DNA from: Octopus bimaculoides
Lineage: Eukaryota
NCBI RefSeq assembly: GCF_001194135.2
Contig: NC_068992.1
Span: 28,745,221 to 28,809,220 of the forward strand
Direction of reading: 5' to 3'
DNA: 64,000 nt
Below, piece after piece: positions 39,089 to 51,835 of this stretch (position 1 is the stretch's first letter; the number at the start of each line of letters is the position of its first letter). The notes beneath the pieces were generated by a model, which saw only the letters and a list, made by a program, of their open reading frames with translations, ran no database searches and had not been told where the DNA came from. Position numbers and translations under genes: made by a program.

Positions 39089-39733
39089 GAGACAATAACA
39101 ACAATCCTTGTTGCTTCAGCCAGTTAAAAGATGCTCTGAAGACAGTCCCCACCATACACACATACATGCACACACACACACACACACTCTAGCCAAATCT
39201 GAGTTAAAAGCAATTGAGATAATGTTGAAAGCTTGAAGCAACTCCCACCACATTCACCCCGACTCCCCCACACACACTTCTAACAAGTAGTGACAATGCA
39301 GAATGCAGAAACAGACAGACCCACGCACAGATGCAGAGGTGATTGATGGATGGAAATGGATGGAGGAGATACATGTGAGTGGTTGCCGGACAGCTAACTA
39401 CATTCTTTCATCTCCATCATAAGTCAATAAGTAAGCTTCTACATGGTGTCCAACCAGCTAGAAATAGCAGCCAAATTTCAATCGATTCATACTTTACTGC
39501 CCTGAAGAAAAAGGACATTTTGGATAATATAGACCAGCAAGCAACATTCTAGAAGAATAACAGATGGGATGAACACAGTTGGAAATCATCCTTGATACTC
39601 TGGACCCATCTGTTGATGAGAAATTGCCCCGATATACCACGATGTCCGAAGCCTTTCAACTTTTTGAGCTTTATGTAAAACTTCTGTTTGTTTTCTACAC
39701 CACCTGTCTTCGTCTGTTATTTTTGTGAATTCT

Positions 39734-39771
<38 letters not shown>

Positions 39772-39879
39772 GTATATATATATAAATGTATATATATATA
39801 AATGTATATATATATAAATATATATAGATAGATAGATATAGAGATATATATATGTATATATATGTGTATATGTGCGTGT

Positions 39880-40076
39880 GTGTGTGTGTGTTTGTATGTC
39901 TAAGTTTGTCCCCCCAACATTGCTTGATAACTGATGCTGGTGTGTTTACGTCCCCATAACTTAGCGGTTCGGCAAAAGAGACCGATAGAATAAGTACTAG
40001 GCTTACAAAGAATAAGTCCTGGGGTCGATTTGCTCGACTAAAAAGCAGTGCTCCAGCATAGCCACAGTCAAAATGA
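39880..40076 (+). mobile_element. SINE family A 3' half (runs into a gap)
   Basis: Near-identical to 5160-5340. Confidence 0.8.
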
Positions 40077-41173
40077 NNNNNNNNNNNNNNNNNNNNNNNN
40101 NNNNNNNNNNNNNNNNNNNNNNNNNNNNNNNNNNNNNNNNNNNNNNNNNNNNNNNNNNNNNNNNNNNNNNNNNNNNNNNNNNNNNNNNNNNNNNNNNNNN
40201 NNNNNNNNNNNNNNNNNNNNNNNNNNNNNNNNNNNNNNNNNNNNNNNNNNNNNNNNNNNNNNNNNNNNNNNNNNNNNNNNNNNNNNNNNNNNNNNNNNNN
40301 NNNNNNNNNNNNNNNNNNNNNNNNNNNNNNNNNNNNNNNNNNNNNNNNNNNNNNNNNNNNNNNNNNNNNNNNNNNNNNNNNNNNNNNNNNNNNNNNNNNN
40401 NNNNNNNNNNNNNNNNNNNNNNNNNNNNNNNNNNNNNNNNNNNNNNNNNNNNNNNNNNNNNNNNNNNNNNNNNNNNNNNNNNNNNNNNNNNNNNNNNNNN
40501 NNNNNNNNNNNNNNNNNNNNNNNNNNNNNNNNNNNNNNNNNNNNNNNNNNNNNNNNNNNNNNNNNNNNNNNNNNNNNNNNNNNNNNNNNNNNNNNNNNNN
40601 NNNNNNNNNNNNNNNNNNNNNNNNNNNNNNNNNNNNNNNNNNNNNNNNNNNNNNNNNNNNNNNNNNNNNNNNNNNNNNNNNNNNNNNNNNNNNNNNNNNN
40701 NNNNNNNNNNNNNNNNNNNNNNNNNNNNNNNNNNNNNNNNNNNNNNNNNNNNNNNNNNNNNNNNNNNNNNNNNNNNNNNNNNNNNNNNNNNNNNNNNNNN
40801 NNNNNNNNNNNNNNNNNNNNNNNNNNNNNNNNNNNNNNNNNNNNNNNNNNNNNNNNNNNNNNNNNNNNNNNNNNNNNNNNNNNNNNNNNNNNNNNNNNNN
40901 NNNNNNNNNNNNNNNNNNNNNNNNNNNNNNNNNNNNNNNNNNNNNNATAAATAGATAGATAGATAGATATAATCAAACTGAAGTTTTAGCCACTGTGTGC
41001 GCATGTGTATGCGTGTGTGGGTGGGTATGCATGCATATGTATTTTGTGTTTCATAAGATTGCAGAGCATGAAATTTAAGTAGTGGCCAAAAATCAGTTTA
41101 AATAATACATAAATACAACATAGTATTGAGAATTACCTTCTCTTTTAATTTATAAATTGTAATAAATGAATGA

Positions 41174-41223
<50 letters not shown>

Positions 41224-41899
41224 GGAAAGTGTATAAGAAGGATAAAAAAAGACAGAAAAATAGGGAGAGGCAGTATATGTGGGCTATAATCTACAGCATA
41301 TGTCAGAGAGCATTGCAGATGTGTATGCAGAAAACATGGTTACTATCAAGTGACAAGATATTGGTCCTTGACTAAAAAGCACTTGAGGGTTCCTATAAAC
41401 AATAGCTGTTGTTTGCTTTCTAAATCAACCCTGACCCATTCTCAAAGGTACTCCTGCTGTAACCCCCTATAAATTTTCTTTAGGTTATATTTTATCCTAT
41501 ATACAAGATTAAATGTATCTTTTGATTTTAACCATGATAGGTTGTGAATTGAGGTAGAATCGGCTGCTATTCTGAAATAAGTCATTTGAATTTGTATAAG
41601 AAACTTTTGGGTGCCTGTGAACTATTTTGCAAAGAAACAGTGCCTTTAACAATGGTCACAGATCAGTGACCCTGACTTTCCTCATCAGAGGGCTCAATAA
41701 AATAAATATCTGAAAATGGAATGAGATTGATATAATCAACTATGAAGTTTTGGTCCCTGCATGACCACAGTCCAATAATTAAACACTCACTGAACATTGC
41801 CTCATATCTGTTTCACTGCATGAAAAAGTCATAAGAAGGAAACATGGCCACTGTTACCTCTCATATTAGCCAAAATAATAAGGATTTCAAATTATGGTA

Positions 41900-42225
41900 A
41901 AGGCTAACAACTTCAAGGGAAGGTGTAAGCTGATTACATCAACCCAAGTGCTCAACTGGTACTTATTTTATCAACCCCCAAAAGGCAGTCAACCTCAATG
42001 GATTAATAATAATATTGGTTTCAACTTGTGGTACAAGGTCAGCAATTTCAAGGAAGGGAGTAAATCAATTACAACAACCCAGTGCTTTACTGATAGTTAT
42101 TTTATTGACCCCAAAAGGATGAAAGGTAGAGCCAACCTTGACGGAATTTGAACTAAGAATGTAAAGACAGACGAAATGCCACTAAGCATTTTGCCCAGCA
42201 TGCTAACAATTCTGCCAGCTCAATG
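41900..42225 (-). mobile_element. Two SINE family B copies (one partial)
   Basis: Repeated CCCAGTG..CAACTGGTACTTATTTT...CCC.AAAGG. Confidence 0.7.
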
Positions 42226-42982
42226 CAACAACAACAACAATGATAATAATAATAATTCTAGTGAAGTACAAATATTTTATTACTTTTTCCCCCCTCACTA
42301 CATAATTACTTCTGGTTAGCATTCCTTCCATTAACTTAATAATTGCTTATCATTCATATGATATTGTTTATTTACAAAACAAACTTATTTTTTCTTATGT
42401 CAACCAAATGCACAAATTTGTACATTTATTTAGTGATTTTCCTATCACTATTTTGCTAAGTATAGCAAAATGTATTTTTCACTAAAGATGCAGCCTGTGC
42501 TATATGCTCATCAAAATAATTATCATAAAATAATATCAGTCACTAATTGGGTTTTTCCCTTCACTACATAAATTATTTCTCATTAACATTTTTACATGAC
42601 ACTGGTGACCTTGCCAATGTTAGTGCCACGTAAAAAGCATCCAGTACACACTGTTAAGTGGTTGGCATTAGAAAGAGTATCCAGCTGTAGAAACCATGGC
42701 AAAACAGACAGCAGAGTTTAGCGCAGCCTTCTGACTTACTAGTTCTGGTCAAACTGTCCAGCCTATGCCAGCATGGAAAACAGATACTAAATGATGGTGA
42801 TGATTTCTTGGATTGAACATTAACTTCACCATTATTTTTCATTAACACTTTATGCTCCCTGAATAAAATATGTTAACACTAACTTAACTGTTATTTCCAT
42901 TTTTTAATGCTTTTTGTATTGAATATGTTAACACTAAGTTAACTATAACTTATGATTCACTCTTTAATAGTTTTTGCATTAA

Positions 42983-43200
42983 CCCTTTAGCATTTAAATT
43001 GACCATATGCAACCAAAATATTCTACAGGTTTAATGTTCAAACTGGCCAGATCTGACATCTCACACCTATCCTACAATATCATTTTGAACATAAGCAATC
43101 ACATCATTGAAATCTCAAGGTTACAAGATAATGCAGGATAAATTCAAAAAGATTGTGAATAAATACACATTACAGCAGAGTAACATGAACACTTAAAGAG
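42983..43200. mobile_element. piggyBac-like MITE family 2
   Basis: TTAA|CCCTTTAGCATT ... ACTTAAAGAG|TTAA. Confidence 0.8.
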
Positions 43201-43526
43201 TTAAATATATCAACACTTGAAATACAGGGTGACAGTGTTTAGCAGTGATGTGTATAAATACAAGGTTAGTGAGGCATATTCGAACCTATAAGAAAGCCAT
43301 GCACTGTATTTTGTCATGGAAAAATTTTCTTACTTTTGACAAGTATTTATATCTAGTTGTCTCCAACATATTTGAACAGGCAACATACTTGTATTAACAG
43401 GTAACAAGTTTGTATGATCTCAATACAGCCAGGAGGAAGAGGATGAAGTGTGTCCATCACCCTTTTCAAGGCATCCAAAAAGCATGAAGAACCTCAATGA
43501 GGCATGAAGAATATAATGTTTTATTT

Positions 43527-43768
43527 CACTGGTTCTCAACTGGGGTCCACACAAAATTTTGCTGTTAACATTTATGTGCAATAAATTGGTCTTACTTCTA
43601 CAATACACAAAATATTTTAACACTTTTTTTTTTTTTATACAATTTCTAATAATATTCAATTATAAAAATATAATGGGAGTTTTTTAAACATCGAATGTTT
43701 ATTACGACTCGGTAGAGTAAAACAGAAATCAAAGTGGTCCATAGGCAAAATATGGTTGAGAGCCACTG
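43527..43768. mobile_element. hAT-like MITE
   Basis: CACTGGTTCTCAAC ... GGTTGAGAGCCACTG; related to 3320-3577; 3' half duplicated at 44140-44228. Confidence 0.7.
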
Positions 43769-43794
43769 CTATATTCAGAGATACTTTAAAACAT

Positions 43795-44137
43795 ATTCTT
43801 TTACTTGTTTCAGTCATTAGACAGTGGCCATGCTGGGGCACCACCTTGAATTTTTAGTTGAACGAATCAACCCAAGTACTGAATTTTTTTAAAAGCCTGG
43901 TGCTTATTCTATTGAACTCTTTTGCTGAACCACTAAGTTACAGGGGACAAAGACACACATAAATATATACATACACACACTCACACACATATATATATAT
44001 ATGATGGGCTTCTTTCAGTTTCCATCTACCATATCCACTCACAAGGCTTTGGTCAGTCTGAGGCTATAGTAGAAGACACTTGCCCAAGGTGACAATGCAG
44101 TGGGACTGAACCTGGAACCATTTGGTTGGGAAGCAAA
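43795..44137 (-). mobile_element. SINE family A, slightly 5'-truncated
   Basis: Reverse complement of family A ending at GGGAAGCAAAC. Confidence 0.85.
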
Positions 44138-44624
44138 CAATTCCTAATAATATTCAATTATAAAAATACTATGTAGATTAAAATAAAAACCAAATGGGTC
44201 CATAGGCAAAAATGGTTGAGAAGCACTGCTTTATTCAGAGATACCCAAAACATACGCTGATGGAATATGAACTTATGACCCAAGAATAACCAGTAGATCA
44301 GGTCATTTTGTGTGTACACACAGACAGACTCACAGACCTACAGTCAGAAGTAATAAGATTCAAACATGTTTATTGCTGTACCAGAGAGCTTTGTATCTCA
44401 AATCATCCACCCACCAGAATTGTCTGAAGAGGTCAGAAGAGTTGTGATGTGTGCTTGTGTAAATAAGAGATAATTAAAACAATCCCTTTTTCCTCCCACT
44501 TATCACATCACATTTTACACACACAAATATGTGTGTATGTACACATCGATACAATAACAGACACAAAAAGTAAACTCATGCAATAACACACACATATATA
44601 TATATACACACACATATATACACA

Positions 44625-45400
44625 CATGCATACAACCCTATAATCACGCACACACACACAGACATACACACATGCATACAACCATATAATCACGCACACA
44701 CAGACATACACACATACATACATACAACCATATAATCACACACACACAGACATACACACATGCATACAACCATATAATCACACACACACACATGCATACA
44801 ACCATATAATCACACACACACAGACATACACACATGCATACAACCATATAATCACATACACACATACATACAACCATATAATCACACACACACNNNNNNN
44901 NNNNNNNNNNNNNNNNNNNNNNNNNNNNNNNNNNNNNNNNNNNNNNNNNNNNNNNNNNNNNNNNNNNNNNNNNNNNNNNNNNNNNNNNNNNNNNNNNNNN
45001 NNNNNNNNNNNNNNNNNNNNNNNNNNNNNNNNNNNNNNNNNNNNNNNNNNNNNNNNNNNNNNNNNNNNNNNNNNNNNNNNNNNNNNNNNNNNNNNNNNNN
45101 NNNNNNNNNNNNNNNNNNNNNNNNNNNNNNNNNNNNNNNNNNNNNNNNNNNNNNNNNNNNNNNNNNNNNNNNNNNNNNNNNNNNNNNNNNNNNNNNNGCA
45201 TACAACCATATAATCACATACACACATACATACAACCATATAGTCACACACACACAGACATACACACATACATACAACCATATAATCACATACACACATG
45301 CATACAACCATATAATCACACACACACAGACATACACACATACATACAACCATATAATCACACACACACAGACATACAAACAACCATACAATCACATACA
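44625..45400. repeat. ~30-40 bp minisatellite (CA)n-GACATACACACATGCATACAACCATATAAT, with assembly gap
   Basis: ACAACCATATAATCAC recurs about 13 times around the N-run 44894-45197. Confidence 0.9.
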
Positions 45401-45958
45401 CACACAGACATATACAAACAAGAATCATGCACAAGCACAAAGAAGTGCATCAAATACACAGATATAGATACCACACTGACACAGAAAGGCAATAACACAC
45501 ACAAGCACACACACACACAGAAATACACAATAACTCAAATGAAGTTATTTTACACCGAGCTGTTCTACTGAAAGCACACGATAATAAATAAAAAAACTGT
45601 TTTCCAACAGGTAACATATGTTGCAAACATTATAAAGAGAACTGGCCAGGAAGTAAATTTAAACACAATGCAAAACAAATATCAATAGTTGTTGTTCTCA
45701 TAGCACCAGCTTAGTTGGAACACAATCCCCCAGTCCCGTTTACAATCATATATTTGTATCAACATTCAACACTTTTAAAAAACAGAAAAACAAAACGCTT
45801 ACATGTAAATATATGTGTGCATACACATGTAACACATACACGCTTGCATGGCTGTGTAGTAAGAAGCTTGCTTCCCAACCACATTCTGGGTTCAAATCTC
45901 ACTCAAGTCAACTTTGTCTTTAATCTTTCTGGCTCTTGTGTGGGGTTGTTGTAGGATT

Positions 45959-46258
45959 TTCGAGCGAGATCGTTGCTGGTGCCCCTGGACTGGCTCTTGT
46001 GCGAGTGACACATGAGGTTTCTCGAGCGAGATGAGCGTGGCTGTTGCCAGTACCGCCTGACTGGCCTTCATGCGGGTGACACGTAAAAGCACCCACTACA
46101 CTCTCTGAGTGGTTGGCGTTAGGAAGGGCATCCAGCTGTAGAAACACTGCCAAAACAGATTGGAGCCTGGTGTAGCCATCTGGTCTCACCAGTCCTCAGT
46201 CAAATCGTCCAACCCATGCTAGCATGGAAAGCGGACGTTAAACGACGACGACGACGAC
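45959..46258 (+). mobile_element. RTE-tail non-autonomous element, young
   Basis: Same TTCGAGCGAGATCGTTG start as 6849; ends (GAC)n. Confidence 0.8.
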
Positions 46259-46798
46259 TAGTGCTAACACTCCCCTAGTTCTGACATCATGTAATGATTC
46301 TAAACAAGCATCACCGTCATACAAGCAAAGTTGTTTGTTTCCTGTCTACTATGGGAAACATGTCAGGCCATGGGAAATGTTACCTTGCGTGGAAATAGAT
46401 GGGGGTTGGCAACAGAAAGGGCATCTGACAGTAGAATATCTGCTTCAACAAATTCCGTCTGAACCATCCAATTATGGAAAAGTGGAGAGTAAATGATGAC
46501 AATGGTGATGATGAAGTAGAAGAGTTGATGCCATTGGTAAATATCCTTGAAATGGGTACACCAGCATTACCATAGTCCAATGAATGGAACCAGGAAACGA
46601 TTTAAAAATGAATGCCTGTGTGTTGCACGTATGCGCGCACACACTGGCATAGAATCCAGTATTTGTGTGTGGAGTAAATTATAGAAACAATTATGAAAGA
46701 GTAAAATAGAGATAATGACATTGGTGATATAGAGAGAGACACAGATAAAGTCAATCTGATGGTAGAAGTATGAATAATTAGGTTACACAGAGAGAGAC

Positions 46799-46832
<34 letters not shown>

Positions 46833-47239
46833 CACAAGGAGAGAAAGTGAAAAATAGGTAATATAACATAGCGGTCAATTTGTAGGTGTAGGATCAATGA
46901 GACAATAAGATGAACTCTGAAAGTGTAATTAGGTAATCAAGACAGTCACACCATCTGTCTAATCACACTAACTGTTTCTATCAGACGTTTTCACACACAT
47001 TATCTTTCCTGCTATCTATCTTAATACATATTGGAGTGTTTCTTAATGATTATGAAAGTGACAGTGAGTAATTAACAATCTTTCCTTAAGTATACTTTTC
47101 TAAACTATAATACTGGAATGAAGATTGTCAATTTCACTCTCTCACTGGATTTGCTTAGTGCAAGGTCTTGTGTGTATGTAATATGTAAGTATGTATTGAT
47201 TTGTATGCACATAAGTGCATGTGTGAAATTTCTACAATA

Positions 47240-47624
47240 GGTTGTTGGCACTCCGTCGCTTACGACGTCAAGGGTTCCAGTTGAACCGATCAATGGAACA
47301 GCCTGCTCGTGAAATTAACGTGCAAGTGGCTGAGCACTCCACAGACACGTGTACCTTTAACGTAATTCTCGGGGATATTCAGCTTGACACAGTGTGACAA
47401 GGCTGACCCTTTGAATTACAGGCACAACAGAAACAGGAAGTAAGAGTGAGAGAAAGTTGTGGTGAAAGAGTTCAGCAGGGTTCGCCACCATCCCATGCCA
47501 GAGCCTCATGGAGCTTTAGGTGTTTTCACTCAATAAACACTCACAACGCCTGGTCTGGGAATCAAAACCGCGATCTTATGACCACGAGTCCGCTGCCCTA
47601 ACCACTGGGCCATTGCGCCTCCAC
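47240..47624 (-). mobile_element. tRNA-derived SINE, third family, full-length
   Basis: A box TGGCCCAGTGG, B-box-like GGTTTTGATTCCC; 10-bp TSD TTCTACAATA at 47230-47239 and 47625-47634. Confidence 0.85.
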
Positions 47625-47694
47625 TTCTACAATATGAGAGAACCAACAAACAAAAATAATGACTGACACAACCTTTTATATTAAGAGATCTTTT

Positions 47695-48085
47695 GTTTTT
47701 TACTTGTTTCAGTCATTAGAATGCCACCATGCTGGGGCACCACTTTCAAAAATTTTTATGACAATAAATCAACTCCACTATTTCATTTTTTTAAGCCTGG
47801 TACTTATTCTATCAGTCTCTTTTACCAAACTGCTAAGTTACAGGGACATAAACAAATCAACATCAGTTGTCAAGCAGCGGTGGGGGACAAATAGACACAA
47901 AGACACACACACACACACACACACACACAGCAGGCTTCTTTCAGTTTCCGTCTACTGAATCCACTCACAAGGTTTTGGTTTGTCTAAGGCAGTAGGAGAA
48001 AAAACTTGCCCAAGTTGCCATGCAGTGGGACTGAACCTGGAACCATGTGGTTGGGAAGCAAACTTCTTATCACACAGCCACGCCT
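47695..48085 (-). mobile_element. SINE family A, full-length
   Basis: Reverse-complement similarity to 4922-5363. Confidence 0.85.
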
Positions 48086-48275
48086 GTGCCTACGTTTAGA
48101 ATCTTTTGTTATGTTCTTATCATACTTCCCCAACTGCTACAAATGTCTCTATGCAGGTTATCTATGTTCACATTGCCAGATATTAGCCAGAAACCACAGT
48201 ATGAGAGTAATTACAGTCATTAAACAAATTATACCTAACAAGACTCTGCAAGTGTGCATACCAAGTACTTTAGAG

Positions 48276-48534
48276 CAGGGGTTTTCAAACTGTGGTCCGT
48301 GGACCACAGGGGGTCCATGGACAGCAATTTGATTTTATATATGTTTTTTTAATCGAAATCTTTTAATTGACAATAAACCTATTTGTTAAATACGGTTAAA
48401 TAAATAAATGTAAAAATATATGTTATTTTAAGCAAATATTTATGTATAAATTTCATAAGCGTTTATAAGGGGGTCCCTAAGGTAAAGCCTGAAATATAAA
48501 GGGGTCCACAAGTCAAAAAGTTTGAAAACCCCTG
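48276..48534. mobile_element. hAT MITE
   Basis: Perfect TIR CAGGGGTTTTCAAAC/GTTTGAAAACCCCTG; perfect 8-bp TSD CTTTAGAG (48268-48275, 48535-48542). Confidence 0.92.
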
Positions 48535-48788
48535 CTTTAGAGTTAAACACAGAAAAAACATACTTCTACCCAATGTCTTTACACCATATATAAGGTATAA
48601 AAAATAGAGATAGAAATTTGGGATATATAACTTTTTAAATATGTTTTTATGTCACTAGATTACATTAATTACAAATTGTTCTTGTGTTGAGGAATTTTGT
48701 GTAACACAGAAGCATATTCCAAAGTAAATATTTTGTACAATAAAAAATAAAACAAGATTGAAATGGAAACATCTCTTAAGGATATTAA

Positions 48789-49008
48789 TGCTTTAGCATT
48801 CAGATTATTCAATCAAATGTAATGTTTATTTATTCAGACTGTTTTGAATCATCGATGATGTAATTATTTAAATATTAGAATGGTATTGTTAGGGTAGATG
48901 TAGTTATTTTAATATTAGAATGGTATTGTTAGGGTGGATCTGGTCAGTTTGAATATAAAACAGATAAAATATTTGGGCCTACATATGGCTGGTTTGAATG
49001 CTCAAAGG
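48789..49008. mobile_element. piggyBac-like MITE family 2 (reverse orientation) with internal ~40-bp tandem duplication
   Basis: Reverse complement of 33460-33680; AATATTAGAATGGTATTGTTAGGGT occurs twice. Confidence 0.7.
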
Positions 49009-49229
49009 TTAATGTATGTTTCTAACTTATAGGATATAACTACACTTAATCAAAAGCTTAATGGGAAGCAGTATATTCTATTACTGCTAGAAATATGACC
49101 CAACTGAGATTAAGTACTTGGTAATAATACAGCAGTACTAATACACTAATAATACATTCTCTACATTAACACTGGGTCAAGGCTGAGAATTGTATGAAAG
49201 ATGTTGAATAGCTTCTTGAATGATTGATA

Positions 49230-50165
49230 CTCATTTCATTGATCCCAGATTAATGAGATGCCAAACTGAACCCCCTGGTAGGATTTGAACTTCATTCTTT
49301 TAGTGCGTGAAATAAAAGAATGCCTAATTTACGATTATTTTGTAATGTTGTCAGCTATTGGAAATAATAGTATTAAATGATTTCAATAGAGTGCAATCAA
49401 TTAAGACCACTTCAATATTTGGCTGTGGAACTGCAGAAAGATAAAAAACAAAAGTTAACTCTGGCATGAATTGATCTCAGCACCTAAAGGGATGTAACTA
49501 CCAATCCATTGCCTTTTGTTTGAGTCAATTACATCGACCCCAGTGTTCAACTGGTACTTATTTTTATTGACTCCAAAAGGATGAAAGGTAAATTCGATCT
49601 CGGCAGAAATTGAACTCAGAACGGAGAGAAGGGCAAAATGCCACTAAGCATTTTGTCCAGCATGCTAACAATTCTGCCAGCTCACCACCTTAATAATAAT
49701 TTCAAAATCTGACACAAGGCCAGCAATTTTGGGGAAGCAGTCAAGTTGATTACATTGACCCCAATGCTCAACGGGCATTTATTTCGTCGACTCCGAAAGG
49801 AAGAAAGGCCTTTCTCAGCAGAACTTGAACTCAGAACAAAAAGATGGACCAAATGCTGCTAAGCATTTTACTCAGAGTGCTCATGTTTCTTATTTCTTTA
49901 CTGCCCACAAGGGGCTACACACAGAGGAGACAAACAAGGACAGACAAACGGATTAAGTTGATTATATCGACTCCAGTGCGTAACTGGTACTTATTTAATC
50001 GACCCCGAAAGGATGAAAGGCAAAGTTGACCTCGGTGGAATTTGAACTCAGAAAGTAGAGGCAGACGAAATACTGCTAAGCATTTCGCCCGACGTGCTAA
50101 CGTTTCTGCCAGCTCACCCCTTCTGCCAGAGTGTTAATGATTCTGTCAGACTGCCACCTTATGCC
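49230..50165 (-). mobile_element. Cluster of nested SINE family B copies
   Basis: At least four overlapping units; a young copy (~49884-50120) sits inside an older one with TSD-like CAGAGTGCTCATG/CAGAGTGTTAATG. Confidence 0.75.
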
Positions 50166-50273
50166 AGTTCACTGCCTTAAACATAACAATAAACTAGCAA
50201 CAGAGCTGCACAACAGACTCAAAAGCAGGTAGTCAAATACCTTATTCCCAGAAGCATATTCCTCTTTCTAATG

Positions 50274-50642
50274 CAGTGGTTCTCAATCATTTTTTATCTA
50301 TGCATCCCTTTCATTACTATTCTATTCTGGTGGACCCCCATAGCAATTCCATGTTTAAAAACCAGTTTTATAGATTTTTCTTTCACAGTTTTGTATTTTG
50401 TTTATCACACATTCACTTGTGTAAACTTGCAATTACATTCATGGAAAGAACATTTCAGAGACTTGAAACAAGTTGAACTGTGTAAAACGTTAGAGAAAGA
50501 AACCATGCCGTTTCTTGCAATAAATACATCTCAAGCAAAATTTATTCAGGGACCCTCAGAATACTACTGTGGATCCCCAGTTTACCATTTTATTTGCATG
50601 GACCCCAAAAATCTAATATAGACTCCCAATTGAGAATCATTG
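50274..50642. mobile_element. hAT MITE
   Basis: CAGTGGTTCTCAA ... TTGAGAATCATTG; TSD TTCTAATG/TTCTAATA. Confidence 0.85.
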
Positions 50643-51599
50643 TTCTAATATATCAAATGTGAAAATAGCATATTTATCATCATCATCATCATTTGGTGTC
50701 CATTTTTCCATGATTGTATAGGTCAGACCAAATTTGCTGAGGCAGATTTTCTAGAGCTAGATACCCTTCCTGTCACCAACCCTCACTAGATTTCAAGCAA
50801 GACAATATTTTTCTCTAAACGAATGGAAACAAACAACCTTGCTTGATTGACACTGATGCTCATTTACAGACATCACGTGATGTCTAAGCAAGGGTGTACA
50901 CACAGAAACAGGCTTCTTTCAGTTTCTGCCAAGCAAATCCACTCACAAGACTTTGGTTGGCTCAAGGTTGTAGTAAAATACACTTACCCTAGTTGCAGTG
51001 TAATGGGACTGAACTCAAAACCAAATGTGTGGAAAGCAAGCTTCTTAACCACACAGCCACACCTATGCCTATTATTAAGAACAATTGTTTTGCAGCACTG
51101 AATATTCTATAATTGTCTTATACTGTTGTCATAATTACAAACAGTCGAATTATGACAAGAGTACAAGAGTCCCATTGCTCATGTGTTCTGGCAAGTAATA
51201 GAACAGCGTGCCATTTATTATAGAAGGTTGGAGGTGAAATAATTTTGTCAGTTGACAATTTCTCAAGTGAGAAATACATCTGTGGTTGGATATTGGTTCC
51301 TTAGAATTACAGATTATGTTTCAATGTTTTTTTGTTTTCTTTTTGTTCTAGTTACATGCCATCTGTTACCACTAATGAACAGAGAAAAGTCAACTAGTAA
51401 GGACATGGAGAGTAAAGTACTTTAGACAGAATCATGAGAACAGCAATTCTACCAAAAACAGCAAAACTCTTACATGCTTAACTTCACCAACACTGACTCT
51501 TGTAATAACAATGATGGGAAATAAATTCACTTATTTTTTTCATTGGTTTTAGACAATGAAACATGAGCATGCTAAAGCAAAATACAAATGTGCCAAGAG

Positions 51600-51835
51600 A
51601 AAAACTGGGCATAAGACACATCAAATGTTGTGTGCAGGAGAGAAGACTGTGTTGGTTGCAAATGAGTGAGTACAGCTGTATAAAGAAGTGTCAATCACTA
51701 TACGTAGAAGGAACCTGTGGAAGAGGAAAACCTAGGAAGACATTGGACAAAGTGGTGAAGACTGTCTTCAAGATGTTGACGGGGAACCAAGGTGAATGGC
51801 AATATGCTGTGCTTGAGAAGAGCCATCCATTTCAG
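51600..51835 (+). pseudogene. RTE LINE ORF C-terminus
   Basis: LGIRHIKCCVQERRLCW..VEGTCGRGKPRKTLDKVVK..WQYAVLEK. Confidence 0.8.

Noticed and set aside
39540-39740. Possible further PLE 3' remnant (TTGATGAG...CCGAAG)
   Set aside because: Hammerhead core and stems cannot be assembled from the visible sequence.
44625-45400. CRISPR array
   Set aside because: Eukaryotic context, simple-repeat spacers, no cas genes.
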